Virus record (IMG/VR): IMGVR_UViG_3300037325_000203
Direction: 5' to 3' (one strand)
Origin: a virus
Length of the DNA stretch: 64,000 bases
Shown: positions 21,694-31,798 of the stretch, piece after piece
Layout of the letters: the number at the start of each line of letters is the position of its first letter
How positions within the stretch are numbered: the stretch's first letter is position 1
The notes under the pieces: generated by a model
What the model saw: only the letters and a program-made list of their open reading frames with translations
Databases searched by the model: none
What the model was told of the DNA's origin: nothing
Program-made: the position numbers and the translations under genes

Positions 21694-21741
21694 TTATATT
21701 TCCCTTTTCATTATTTATCTATTTATCAAACAATTGCTGTG

Positions 21742-22827
21742 TCAGATAAAAATAGGCATAGGAGAATCATAGCTGTTATCGTCTGAGGATGCTATATTAC
21801 TATTAGTTGCAGCTTGTGATTGGTCATCCCACGTAGAAATATAATCTGTCATGCGTAATGCAAGGATAAGAGCCATGATTAAATCATCTGTCTGCCCGTT
21901 TCTTGCTTCGTACGTATTACCTCTAGACACGAATACCTTAAGCTCGGAGATTATTCCCCTGGAGTTGAGTTTCAGTCGTTGGGATTCTAACAAAAACTTC
22001 AATTTGGCGCAAGCTTCGAGCTTAGACTTATTAGTAGTTACAAACCCGGCACGCCGGCCCGACTTTCCTTGTAATCTATTCTTAGGGTCGTGTAGCATTG
22101 TTCCGGGAAAGTTTTCCTCGCCTGTATCCCTAATGACTACTAATGCTGCTTCACCAAGTGTATTGCTTTCTACTGACCAGTATATTTCTGGACGCCCTGC
22201 TGCTGCCAGTTCTTCCAGTATATTACGCATAGTCCTGACCTGATCTTCAACTGGCGCCTTATTGTTACTCCATTCTGCAACTTGCACTAGCGTAGGCAGT
22301 TCAATGACCTGTATTGCAGAATTATCGCCGCCGGTTCCCATAGCAGGATCTAATGCAACAACATATGTCAGGTCTGCTCTAATCGGCGAATACCATCTTA
22401 CTTGCCCGGTCTTTCTGATCGGCTGAATGGATGTAATTTGACTTAGCTTAACGGCATTGATAAGAGTTTCTTCGAAGGTAATAAACTGGCAATTCGAAAC
22501 TAAAATACCATTTCCATAAAATCTATTGCCGCCGTGGACACCTATAACATCATAAACATTAGACACCGCACCGGTGTATATCGACCCAATAAGTTGCAAA
22601 TGTCCATAGATAGATAACACCATATCGCCTAATTTAATATCCTTTGCCTCTATCATATCACTATCATTTATATAGATCTTATGATCGTCAGTGCATTCTA
22701 AAAATATACCATTAGGAAAATCTAATCTAATTATTGCCTTTTCGCCCATGAATGCTATGCCGGCAAAAGGCATATAACCGTCAGGGGTATTTATTTGTAA
22801 TCCTAGTGTATTTTCTCTATAGATCAT
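21742..22827 (-). CDS. Large terminase, C-terminal nuclease part, preceded by a 112-aa IntC
   Basis: CTDDH block B; ...VYDVIGVHGGNRFYGNGILVSN|CQF; then ALDPAMGTGGD, VESN and TDDLIMA RNase H-fold motifs. Confidence 0.92.
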   Translation of the reverse strand: MIYRENTLGLQINTPDGYMPFAGIAFMGEKAIIRLDFPNGIFLECTDDHKIYINDSDMIEAKDIKLGDMVLSIYGHLQLIGSIYTGAVSNVYDVIGVHGGNRFYGNGILVSNCQFITFEETLINAVKLSQITSIQPIRKTGQVRWYSPIRADLTYVVALDPAMGTGGDNSAIQVIELPTLVQVAEWSNNKAPVEDQVRTMRNILEELAAAGRPEIYWSVESNTLGEAALVVIRDTGEENFPGTMLHDPKNRLQGKSGRRAGFVTTNKSKLEACAKLKFLLESQRLKLNSRGIISELKVFVSRGNTYEARNGQTDDLIMALILALRMTDYISTWDDQSQAATNSNIASSDDNSYDSPMPIFI

Positions 22828-23872
22828 ATCTTAATATCTCATATTCTGTTAGTGTCTTAAATAACCATACTTCGTATTTATGCCCCTTAGATAAGACTGC
22901 ATCTTTCTTTTTAAGATTATTGATTAATCTCGACTTATAGATATCCTTTAGGTCGCCATTGCCATCCCACCAATACTGTGCCTTAACCTCGATGATTCGA
23001 TTTTCTGCTGGAATAAAAATATCAGGATAATATTTTAATAGTTTTCTGTCATTTGTTACATATTCGAATATAGGTAATTCATATTTTTCAAGTGAATTAT
23101 GTATGATTAAGTCGGTCTCGACATACCCTTGATTAAATAATGAATCTAATACTTTATTTTCATATCCTCGTATGTGAACTATCTTTCCGGACGGTAATAT
23201 ATAATCCTTACCTATTGCGTTAGACTGACGTGACTTCTTAATTGCCTCTGGTATAAGAAATGTACAACTCACGCCAAATTTTTCTATATTTGTCAATCGA
23301 CGGATCTGATTTATCTCATTCTGTTCTTCTATAGTTTTATTTCTATTTGTTTCTGCAGATTTCTGCCACCCTGCATAATATTCGTTTCCGTATTTTCTTA
23401 GCTTTGTAGCTCTTGATTTATTTTTATTATTAGTCGATTGAGTGGAATGTACGACCCCAAATTTTACTAAATTCGTGTCTTTTCTTTTTTTAATAATCTC
23501 ATTATATTCATCGTCTGTGCGCTGTGAGACTGCAAATTTTTTATTTGCTTTATCACTCTCTTGCTGTTCTTTAGACCATCGAGATTTAGTAGCATGTACT
23601 TCTTTTCCTACACATGCCGTACTACCGCATGTCTTGCCATAGGTGTGATCCTTTTGGTAGAATGTCTTAGGAGAATTGCAGTGCAGACACTGCTCCTTAG
23701 TACCTGTTATGTATTTTTCGTAATATTGTTGATACGAAATATTATTATTTCGTAAATGCCTAGTGAATTGCCCATTAGACTTACAATACCGCACATTGTC
23801 AATTATTGATGTAATATAGGTTGCTTCACTCATTATGATTTCGATTAAATAGTTATTTTCCAAACTATTCAT
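22817..23872 (-). mobile_element. Free-standing PD-(D/E)XK homing endonuclease between the terminase halves
   Basis: KFGV/KYG repeats and YYPDIFIP...IIEVK; sits between IntN and IntC. Confidence 0.75.
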
Positions 23873-23875
23873 CTC

Positions 23876-24793
23876 TTAGCCTAACATACCGAATAGGTCT
23901 CCGATTGTTATGTCGAATTTTTCAGTATTTTTATCCGATATTTGTAAGAGTGTTGTTTGCGCGCAACACTTATGCTCACGAAGGAAACGGTCCTCGCCTA
24001 AGGACGCGAGCTGTTCATCTGCCCAACTTTCGTCTCTGTCAGGATGAGCTTCCCACGTAGCCATATACGGCTTAAATCCATTAGTGCCCGTGACTGTTTC
24101 GTTGCCATTATTATCCACTAGCTTGTTGGCGTTGAACCAAATGTCGGCGAACTGGTCTTCATCGGTATTCGGCGTTGATGTGATTATGCACTTACCGCCC
24201 GTCGATAGTGTCGGTGCCAATGAAGTCCAGAATTCTTTTGCAATGTTTGCATCGACGAAAGCGAACTCATCCAGATAGATTAACGATAACGCCATTCCTC
24301 GACCTGTGTTTTGTGTAGTCGTTGTTGCCGTGATTTTAGAACCGTTGTCGAACACAATGGAGCGTTTGTTATATGTCGTTACTCCTGCTCGTATATGGTC
24401 TGGTACAGATTCATACGCATAGCGAACCCTGTCCATGATATCCTGTGCAGAGTCGTACTTGTAGGATGTTACTAATATCTGTGAATCATCGGTGAACATT
24501 GCGTACCATAGGAGATACCCTGCGGCAACAGCAGTCTTGCCCATCTGCCTACTTACCATATTCACTGATTTTTTGAAGTGAGTATATGAATCAATTAAAT
24601 CTAATTGAAAATCGTATGGTGAAAATTTTTGTTTTCCCCGGGTCGAGTGCTGCACATACATGAAGTTGGAAACAAAATACAAAGGACCCGTGTCGGGATC
24701 CATACATGCAGCGAGCTGGTCTATCTGCTCCTTTGTATAGGATACCTTTGTATACGCACGCTTAACTAACTTATCGTCTTGATATATTGCCAC
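23876..24793 (-). CDS. Large terminase, N-terminal ATPase part, ending in a 30-aa IntN
   Basis: SRQMGKT, LIYLDEFAFV, ITSTPN; FLREHK|CCAQTTLL...TIGDLF. Confidence 0.93.
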   Translation of the reverse strand: MAIYQDDKLVKRAYTKVSYTKEQIDQLAACMDPDTGPLYFVSNFMYVQHSTRGKQKFSPYDFQLDLIDSYTHFKKSVNMVSRQMGKTAVAAGYLLWYAMFTDDSQILVTSYKYDSAQDIMDRVRYAYESVPDHIRAGVTTYNKRSIVFDNGSKITATTTTQNTGRGMALSLIYLDEFAFVDANIAKEFWTSLAPTLSTGGKCIITSTPNTDEDQFADIWFNANKLVDNNGNETVTGTNGFKPYMATWEAHPDRDESWADEQLASLGEDRFLREHKCCAQTTLLQISDKNTEKFDITIGDLFGMLG

Positions 24794-24796
24794 ATT

Positions 24797-26050
24797 TTAG
24801 TACCGGTTATCGTCTCTGTCGCTGTAGTCTCTGTCGGGCTCCGACGGAGGTATACCCTCCGCTTCTTTGTCAAACAAGGGCCCGAGCACCCCTGCATACG
24901 TTAACGGATGCAGAAGTTGCTTTATAACCGCCGGGTCTATAACTTTTATAGCATCATTAACCGAATACTCTTTCCCGTTGATGCCAATGGCATCTACATC
25001 GGGGGAAAACGCAACCGAGCTAACAGTCACATCACCTGCTACTGAATATAACTGTGTTGTATAAGTTTCGCTGTCTGTGCGGTGATTCCATCCAGTAGGA
25101 CTTTCGTCAGACTCCGTAGATACATCGCAAGATGCAGAAATATCCAGAAGATACCGTAGGTTAACCGGATTTCCTTGTCGATCTGCCACTGTTGCGCTAA
25201 ATCCCATCCAGCCGGTATAACTGATGTCTGACGATGAGGTTTTAAAATCATCGTACATGTCGACAATCTTTACTTCAGATATTTGTCGGCTCTCATTTAT
25301 TTTTTTTTTAGAAACTGCAGACTCGTTTAGGTATTTCCTATAAGCATACACCAACTCTGTATGAGTTTCTGCAACTTGCATTTTTTTCTGCTCTGGATTA
25401 TCGCCATGGCGGGCACCCGACGGACCGACTGCTTTTACTACAGGGCCGTCTGCTCCGTTTGGGAAGTAGTCATTTCCGTCTAATTCTTTTACATCGTTGT
25501 AGCCATTTTGGATATCTTCCTCGAACGATCTCTCGTCTCCCGAGTACCCGCGATCTATCCAGCCAGTGTCATTACCCGAGACATTATCTGGTTCATCATT
25601 CGGGAAAAAATCTCTCTCTAAATTTGATAAGATTTCCTCAATTTCTACGTCGTCGAGCCCTTGTTCGGACATCTCTCTTTTCACAGTATCAAAGGCTTCT
25701 TTGATGCCAACGAAATTAGAAATTAACATAGAAAACCTTGAATGTTGTTGCTGATAATTCAACTCTGTCATTTCATCCATTTCTCTCCTGGGCGTGTGTC
25801 CTCCCAGAGCTTTACTTATTCCTTTAGCTCTTTTATCTCTATTAAATGCATGTTTCTTTCGATCGTCGGCAGTCATTGCATTGCGTGCCCCCATTTCTTG
25901 GTGGCTATGGTCTGACATAGCTTTAGACATGTAGTTGCCTTTCATTCTAGAACTAATTTCGTTAAGTTCGGTCTCTACGTTCTGTGAACTGATGCCGGGT
26001 ACAGCAACAACACCTTCCATAAGATTTATTAGTTTACGCATATTACTCAT
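24797..26050 (-). CDS. Hypothetical acidic protein (possible internal head protein)
   Basis: MRKLINLME N-terminus; several LNE/INE sites. Confidence 0.7.
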   Translation of the reverse strand: MSNMRKLINLMEGVVAVPGISSQNVETELNEISSRMKGNYMSKAMSDHSHQEMGARNAMTADDRKKHAFNRDKRAKGISKALGGHTPRREMDEMTELNYQQQHSRFSMLISNFVGIKEAFDTVKREMSEQGLDDVEIEEILSNLERDFFPNDEPDNVSGNDTGWIDRGYSGDERSFEEDIQNGYNDVKELDGNDYFPNGADGPVVKAVGPSGARHGDNPEQKKMQVAETHTELVYAYRKYLNESAVSKKKINESRQISEVKIVDMYDDFKTSSSDISYTGWMGFSATVADRQGNPVNLRYLLDISASCDVSTESDESPTGWNHRTDSETYTTQLYSVAGDVTVSSVAFSPDVDAIGINGKEYSVNDAIKVIDPAVIKQLLHPLTYAGVLGPLFDKEAEGIPPSEPDRDYSDRDDNRY

Positions 26051-26063
26051 AGTACACCTGATT

Positions 26064-26711
26064 TTAAAATTTAGATTTCTTAATTCTGCCAAAAAATCCT
26101 ACATCATCCGATTTTAGGTTCTTTGGGCTATTAAATTCGTCGTAGCCACTTGGCAAAGTCGAATGATTTTCTGTTGATTCGGGACTTAGTGGATTAATAA
26201 CTACTGTTCTAGCACGTTCTTTACTAACTTTCTCAAGTTCTTTTAGAAAGTCGGTATTGTGTTCGGCTCCGTATGCCGGGACCTCAGTGGGATCTGGGTC
26301 ACTCCCCAGTCGAGCTTTGTATTTGGTTTTGTACTCTTCCGAGTTCCTGTCCAAGTACAAATCAGTTTCTATCTGCCTTGGATCGTTTTCGGAATATACT
26401 GCCAGGTTTGCTGGAGAAATTCCTAATGTGTTACAAATGTATGTTCTAAGGAAATCCAACGAACCTGGATAGCCTAACACTAAGTCGCAGATATAAACTG
26501 CTGTATTCTTAACATTAGGAAAGTCCAGCGGACTTTCCTGGATTGGGGTTTTCCTGAATGAAGATGCGGATTTTAGATCGTACTTCTTAAGACTTTGTTC
26601 AAGATGATCTATCATGACGTCCGACATCTCATTTACTGCAAATTTCAAGACGTACTTATAGTCTGCGTTGTTCTCTGCAACGTAATTTGAAAAAGATTTA
26701 GTATCTGCCAT
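26064..26711 (-). CDS. Conserved hypothetical virion-module protein
   Basis: KTPIQESPLDFP motif; ATAAATA upstream. Confidence 0.7.
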   Translation of the reverse strand: MADTKSFSNYVAENNADYKYVLKFAVNEMSDVMIDHLEQSLKKYDLKSASSFRKTPIQESPLDFPNVKNTAVYICDLVLGYPGSLDFLRTYICNTLGISPANLAVYSENDPRQIETDLYLDRNSEEYKTKYKARLGSDPDPTEVPAYGAEHNTDFLKELEKVSKERARTVVINPLSPESTENHSTLPSGYDEFNSPKNLKSDDVGFFGRIKKSKF

Positions 26712-26733
26712 TATAATAACTCCGGTGTTATTA

Positions 26734-27240
26734 CTATTTATCAGATGTTTCCGTTTTTGCAGATACAATGTATTTCAACAGTTCATTCCGGTCGAAATCG
26801 CCGCCATTGGCATTTTTTCTATCTCCATTACCCTGATCTAAGTCGATTTGTTCTGATCTGACCTTCTTTAGCTGAAGTTCTATCATTCTAAGTTTTCGGT
26901 CAGTTTTTGAATTCTTTGCATCTAACGCTGTCTTTAGCATCTGTCCTGCTACTTCGTATATTTTCCCAGCGTGCATATCCGGTACATTACCACCCAGGGA
27001 TATAAGGTCATTGAATGTGTTAATTGCCTTAGTAGCAATACTATCCATTTCTGTGTCGTGAGATTCTAACCCCAACACTACCGGGAGTGCAGAATCCACT
27101 TTTTCCGCAGTCGTCAACGACGAGTACACTTGTTGAGCCTCGGCAAGAACTTCTGATCTAGTCTTAATGTGTACTTCCATATCATCTTCGTTCACACTAG
27201 TAGGTGGCAAATTGAAAAAGTCTTCTAATTTTTTTGTCAA
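26734..27240 (-). CDS. Possible small terminase subunit (gp16-like)
   Basis: Helical, with a KIYEVAGQMLK pattern; near TerL and gp4. Confidence 0.5.
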   Translation of the reverse strand: MTKKLEDFFNLPPTSVNEDDMEVHIKTRSEVLAEAQQVYSSLTTAEKVDSALPVVLGLESHDTEMDSIATKAINTFNDLISLGGNVPDMHAGKIYEVAGQMLKTALDAKNSKTDRKLRMIELQLKKVRSEQIDLDQGNGDRKNANGGDFDRNELLKYIVSAKTETSDK

Positions 27241-27245
27241 GCTGT

Positions 27246-27683
27246 CTATCCCTTCCCTTTTGGATTATTGAATATATTATTCTCTGTCATTACCCGAAAC
27301 GTCATCCCATGACTCTTAGCAAATGCTTGCGCTGCCGCCCATTTGAAGGTATTCAATGCGACCGCTGCCTTAGCTCGTTGACTCTTGGCTTGTTCCAAGA
27401 AAGTTTCTTTAGCTGGCTTTACTTCGATAATCTCTGCTCTCTGATTACCTTTAGCATCCACATAAGTTACTACAAAATCAGGTACATACACAGTGTATTT
27501 ACCAGTGAAGGGATTCTGGTAAGGGATTTTAATTGGCTCGCTTGCCCAGGAAGAAATATTAGGATTTGTATCAAATAGTACCATAACCTTATGTTCCCAT
27601 GACGATCGGAAAACAATAGGATATGTGCCTGCATACTTACTTGGGTTTATAGGCTTATAATGACCTTGGACATAAGATCTCAT
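27246..27683 (-). CDS. Head completion nuclease (T4 gp4-like, TnsA fold)
   Basis: YKPINPSKYAG, FRSSWE, WASE, YVPDF and IEVKP motifs. Confidence 0.88.
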   Translation of the reverse strand: MRSYVQGHYKPINPSKYAGTYPIVFRSSWEHKVMVLFDTNPNISSWASEPIKIPYQNPFTGKYTVYVPDFVVTYVDAKGNQRAEIIEVKPAKETFLEQAKSQRAKAAVALNTFKWAAAQAFAKSHGMTFRVMTENNIFNNPKGKG

Positions 27684-28153
27684 ACACGTATTTGCCTTGC
27701 CTGCAAACTATGCTTATTACTCACCGAAGTAACAGTGCCTACTTGGCTTCCCGGGTCTCTAAGATTGTTGAATGCCCTATATGCATTGTCACTGAACGCT
27801 AACTGTCCGGTGGTCGGAAGTGCTTCCAATAGTGCTTGCGTGGATACGCCAATTTGTGCAGCAATGTCAGTAGATAACGCGGACATGGTATCCGCATACA
27901 GAGGACCGGTGCCCCTTGATAAAAAATAGCATTTAGCAGAATCAAATGATGCAGCAGAGTAGTTACCTACGACGCCGCCACCTAAATCAGATTGTAGAAA
28001 AGACCCTGCGCTGGGGAATACAGTGCCTCCTGCAGAATACTTAAACGTGTTAGTCGGTGTCCCGTTAACTGTCTTTACAGTCTTTTGCGTACCCAGATAT
28101 GTAAGCATCTGAGAACTAAATCTGCCTATAGTTGCTATGGTAGGATTAGCCAC
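27680..28153 (-). CDS. Hypothetical structural-module protein
   Basis: 157 aa, overlapping both neighbours. Confidence 0.65.
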   Translation of the reverse strand: MANPTIATIGRFSSQMLTYLGTQKTVKTVNGTPTNTFKYSAGGTVFPSAGSFLQSDLGGGVVGNYSAASFDSAKCYFLSRGTGPLYADTMSALSTDIAAQIGVSTQALLEALPTTGQLAFSDNAYRAFNNLRDPGSQVGTVTSVSNKHSLQARQIRV

Positions 28154-29414
28154 CCGAATTTCCTCCTGTTCGATTCACATCAGTGTAGGCCGATGGGGTT
28201 CTTGCTGCGGCAAACTTAAACGGTCTTGTCTGTAATACAGCAGTCTTTGTGGGATGATAGGGGGTTGGACTAATATTTGCCAGCCCGTTTAGTGCACTTG
28301 CACTTACCCTTCTTACTATCTTGTCAGATGCAAAGGCGCCGGTAACATCCCCTATACTAGATTGAACATTCTTTCCTATTCTTTGCAAAATAGGATTATC
28401 GGATTGTAATAAAGGATTATTAGACTCGATGAAATCTAGCAGTGATACATTAAATGCCAATGAGGGTAGTTCTAAGAACTCTCCGTGTTCGAACGGCTCC
28501 GTAGAAGAAGTATTCTGGGGATTACTTGCACCGCTACCCAATTCTAAATTCTGAACAGTGTAGTATGCATACTCATATTCAAACGTAAACGTAAGTTCCA
28601 ATGTTTTATCTGTGGTTGCATAATTTAGTACATCATGGCTAAAAGCCGCTATTCTAGGATTCACAAGTGTTACCTGATTAAATCTTCCAGCGTGTACCTG
28701 ATATATGTCTATGGTTTGAATAAGATTTCGTTCGTTCTGCACCTGTGGTAAGTTAAAACCGAAATTATGGTTGATCAGTGCGTCGGCAACAATATTCTGT
28801 GTATCTTGTTTGCTCCCGTCTGTGTTGGCCAGCGGCGGTACCGATGGATTTGTCCCTTGAAACAAATTTCTAATACTAGATGGTAAATTAGCAATATTAG
28901 GATTAATTGAAGGTGCAAATTGTCTCTTAAAGCTTTCTACCGAGAATGTACCTGGTGCACCGGTAGATGACTTTGCAGCATTTCGACCGGGCTCAGTGCC
29001 ATCGGCAAAATAATATCGATAATACATTTCCCAAAACTTCAAAGTCTTGCCATCGGCCACATCATGGAATACCATTTTTATCGGTTCAAACTCTATTTTA
29101 GTCTGGCTTATTCTTTTTCTGTTGTATTGGTTAAGAGCCTCAGTTTCTATCTTAAAGGACGGCATTTCTACAGACTTAATCAAGGGCGCAATCTGATCCC
29201 ATGTAGCAGAATTAAAGAATGTATTATAAAATTTACCTGCTGTTTCCGACTTATTTAACGATATGTTAACATAATATTGAAACGGGAATCTAGGCTGGTT
29301 CCTGTATAAGGACTGACCTTCCTGATTGAAGTGGTGACTAGCGTGGCGCGGACTTTTATTATAATAAAATCCCGCGCCTGTAAGCGACGTAAAAATGCTC
29401 GAAAAGCTAGCCAT
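28146..29414 (-). CDS. Tail-tube-like / baseplate tube-initiator protein
   Basis: IKSVEMPSF...EPIKMVFHD...TFTFEY tube fold; adjacent to the tube gene. Confidence 0.65.
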   Translation of the reverse strand: MASFSSIFTSLTGAGFYYNKSPRHASHHFNQEGQSLYRNQPRFPFQYYVNISLNKSETAGKFYNTFFNSATWDQIAPLIKSVEMPSFKIETEALNQYNRKRISQTKIEFEPIKMVFHDVADGKTLKFWEMYYRYYFADGTEPGRNAAKSSTGAPGTFSVESFKRQFAPSINPNIANLPSSIRNLFQGTNPSVPPLANTDGSKQDTQNIVADALINHNFGFNLPQVQNERNLIQTIDIYQVHAGRFNQVTLVNPRIAAFSHDVLNYATTDKTLELTFTFEYEYAYYTVQNLELGSGASNPQNTSSTEPFEHGEFLELPSLAFNVSLLDFIESNNPLLQSDNPILQRIGKNVQSSIGDVTGAFASDKIVRRVSASALNGLANISPTPYHPTKTAVLQTRPFKFAAARTPSAYTDVNRTGGNSGG

Positions 29415-29436
29415 CTATTACCCCGATAATCTCTCG

Positions 29437-30051
29437 TCACCCGAAAGTAGTACCACCAGTCGGGCTGGCAATATTGGGATATGGATTTCCGCCCACTGTT
29501 GTTCCATCGTTTGTATTCGGGCCGGCAATGTTTGTTGCATTGTCGAAACGAATCGTCAATGTTACCATGACAGGCTCGCCTTCCTTATAGTCGTGATCAC
29601 CATAAGAGACAGTCTTAATGAAACACCCACTTAGAACCCATGATTCTAGTTGGTCATTGTCTGTACCATCTAATGTATGAATTTCCATTGCAAACTTGTA
29701 ATTAATACCCGCAACAGCACTTGTCTGTTCAAAGTGGTTCATTTGTTTTTGTATCTGGGCGCCGACTGACGACACAACCGAGTTCGTAATATCATCTCGA
29801 AGTGTAATTTCTATTGGGTCGAACGTATGCTTACCCATTATCCACGCAATAGAGTTGTATGAATGCAACTCTACTTCAGAGTGATCAACTTTCGGTCTCT
29901 GACAAGTTACTACGTTAGCAGTCATCTCGCGCAGGCCGTTGTTTTCGCCAAAGTTTTGCCAGACCACTCTAAAGCGATATTTTTGCTTTGGGTGAAGTAT
30001 ACCGAGCTTGGCGCCGTCTAAGGGTACGCCGAATTTAGCTAAATTTGCCAT
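29437..30051 (-). CDS. Tail tube protein (gp19-like)
   Basis: YRFRV, CQRPKV, GKHTFDPIEITLRDD, WVLSGCF and TIRFDNA motifs. Confidence 0.88.
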   Translation of the reverse strand: MANLAKFGVPLDGAKLGILHPKQKYRFRVVWQNFGENNGLREMTANVVTCQRPKVDHSEVELHSYNSIAWIMGKHTFDPIEITLRDDITNSVVSSVGAQIQKQMNHFEQTSAVAGINYKFAMEIHTLDGTDNDQLESWVLSGCFIKTVSYGDHDYKEGEPVMVTLTIRFDNATNIAGPNTNDGTTVGGNPYPNIASPTGGTTFG

Positions 30052-30100
30052 CTTTTTCTCCTGCTTTTAAGCTAATACTATTTATCAATTTGACATATTT

Positions 30101-31711
30101 TTATTTCAACCGATTAGGAATCCATTCCCACTTGGATGACCCCGAGTCCCATATAGTCTTATATCCTTGCAATAGTCTGTTTTCCCTTTCCGTAAGAAGC
30201 ATATCATCATCCGGTGTCTTCCTTAGCGAGAATCGATGTATTCTCGCTATAATATTATCTTTTATATACCAGTATCCAGGTACAGTATTCTTAACAAAGT
30301 TAAACCCTAATATGCTATAGAGATTACCGTTGGACCAGCGTCTGTCTGCATATGTTACAATAGATGTGGGAGAATTATTAGATATGAAATATTTAAATAA
30401 TTTAGAGGCACCGCCTGGTATATTATAGTTTGCGGAGCAGAATCTATTTAATTCCCAAGATAAAACTTTTCTAGAAATGTTATTTTTAGAAAATGTCATA
30501 ACAGATATCAGCTCCTTATTAAAAAACAGGCCAAGTCGCAAATTACTACGACCAGCCCCTTGAAGGTGATATCTGTTGCAAAATACTGAGGCCTGGGATG
30601 AACTAATTTCTTCGACCACACAGCGTCTTGCATACACTGTTGCTGATTTATTTTGTTTAATCAGTTGAAGTAATCTAGATTCGACTACTTCTCTCTTATT
30701 TTTCCATTCATCCTCAAAGATTTGTATAAGCCGTATTCCAGTACCCTCTACATCTCTAAGCTTATCCATGTCCTTTGTCTTCGAGTAGCCATTAGCGGAC
30801 AGCACCTGCTCTGAGTGCCAATACAATCCATTGTACTCTATGCCCGTATTCAGTGAAGGTATGAATATATCTAATTCTTTTTTACCATCGTATCTGTAGT
30901 TCGGAATGGCAGTGACATGTGAACTTATGAAGTCAAATATTTCTATCTCCGCAGCACTCCTGTTTACAATAGGGGGATAACATGTTAGACAAAGTCGATC
31001 TTTTATTTTGTTTGGCTGAAACATTTGCTTTGTGTATGATACGTCATTTCCACACTTGTTACATGTTGCAGTGAGATAATTACCATCTACATTCCCCGGG
31101 GTAAACCCTAGATCTACTAATCTAGCCTTCATTAACTCTAGACTTTTTTTCTGCTTCATTTCCCCTATTATCTTAGATTTTATGGAAATTTTCTCTCGTG
31201 TCTCATCCGTATGTTTTTTACCTCTGAAGAATGCAAGGTCATGCCCATTTTTTAGCTTTGTCTCCAATGCTTTTTTTGCACGTAAAGAAACCTCGTCCCT
31301 GTTGTTGGAAGCATAGTCGGAAACAGATGCCGATATTTTCTGCCGTGTGGCGTCTGATACAATTTGAGTTGGTCTGGTCAATACGCCTGTGGCATATCTT
31401 TCCTCTCTGAGGCGAGCCGATTCTACATACGCAGTTGTGTCTTCCAGGGTCTTGCCTGTGTTCCACGTGACATTCCCCGTATTTGCCACGGATATCAATC
31501 TTTTAGATTCGACTGACATTTTATTCCCGTAGTTGGGATTATTTTTACCAGCAGATTGTGCCGACTTCGAAGTTCTGTACTCCACTGATGTCAGCGACTC
31601 CTTGCCATATTTGTTAACATATTCGGCAGTAAGAATACCGTGTTTCTTCAAATGGGTGCTGGATATGAGTTTTTCAAACTCAATATTACATATTTGGCAT
31701 CTAATAGACAT
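30101..31711 (-). mobile_element. Putative homing endonuclease (NUMOD3 plus Hef/Vsr-like) between the sheath and tube genes
   Basis: GKKHTDETREKIS repeats; SAAEIEI...ELDIFIP...IEYNGLYWH; paralog of 9497-11143. Confidence 0.72.
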
Positions 31712-31755
31712 AGTTATGTATTCCTGTAAGAGTAATAACGCAACAGTAAAATTAA

Positions 31756-31782
31756 AATAATAGTGACCGGAGTCACTATTAT
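31756..31782 (-). terminator. Intrinsic terminator after the tail sheath gene
   Basis: Inverted repeat aataatagtgac-cgga-gtcactattatt, followed by a T-rich run on the minus strand. Confidence 0.6.
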
Positions 31783-31798
31783 TCAGGGTATTTACTAA

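Noticed and set aside
3637-24793. Frameshift errors or group I introns as the cause of the broken helicase, UvsW and terminase genes
   Set aside because: Every break has Cys-initiated IntN and Asn|Ser/Cys IntC ends that restore conserved motifs exactly, and there is no non-coding space for an intron core.
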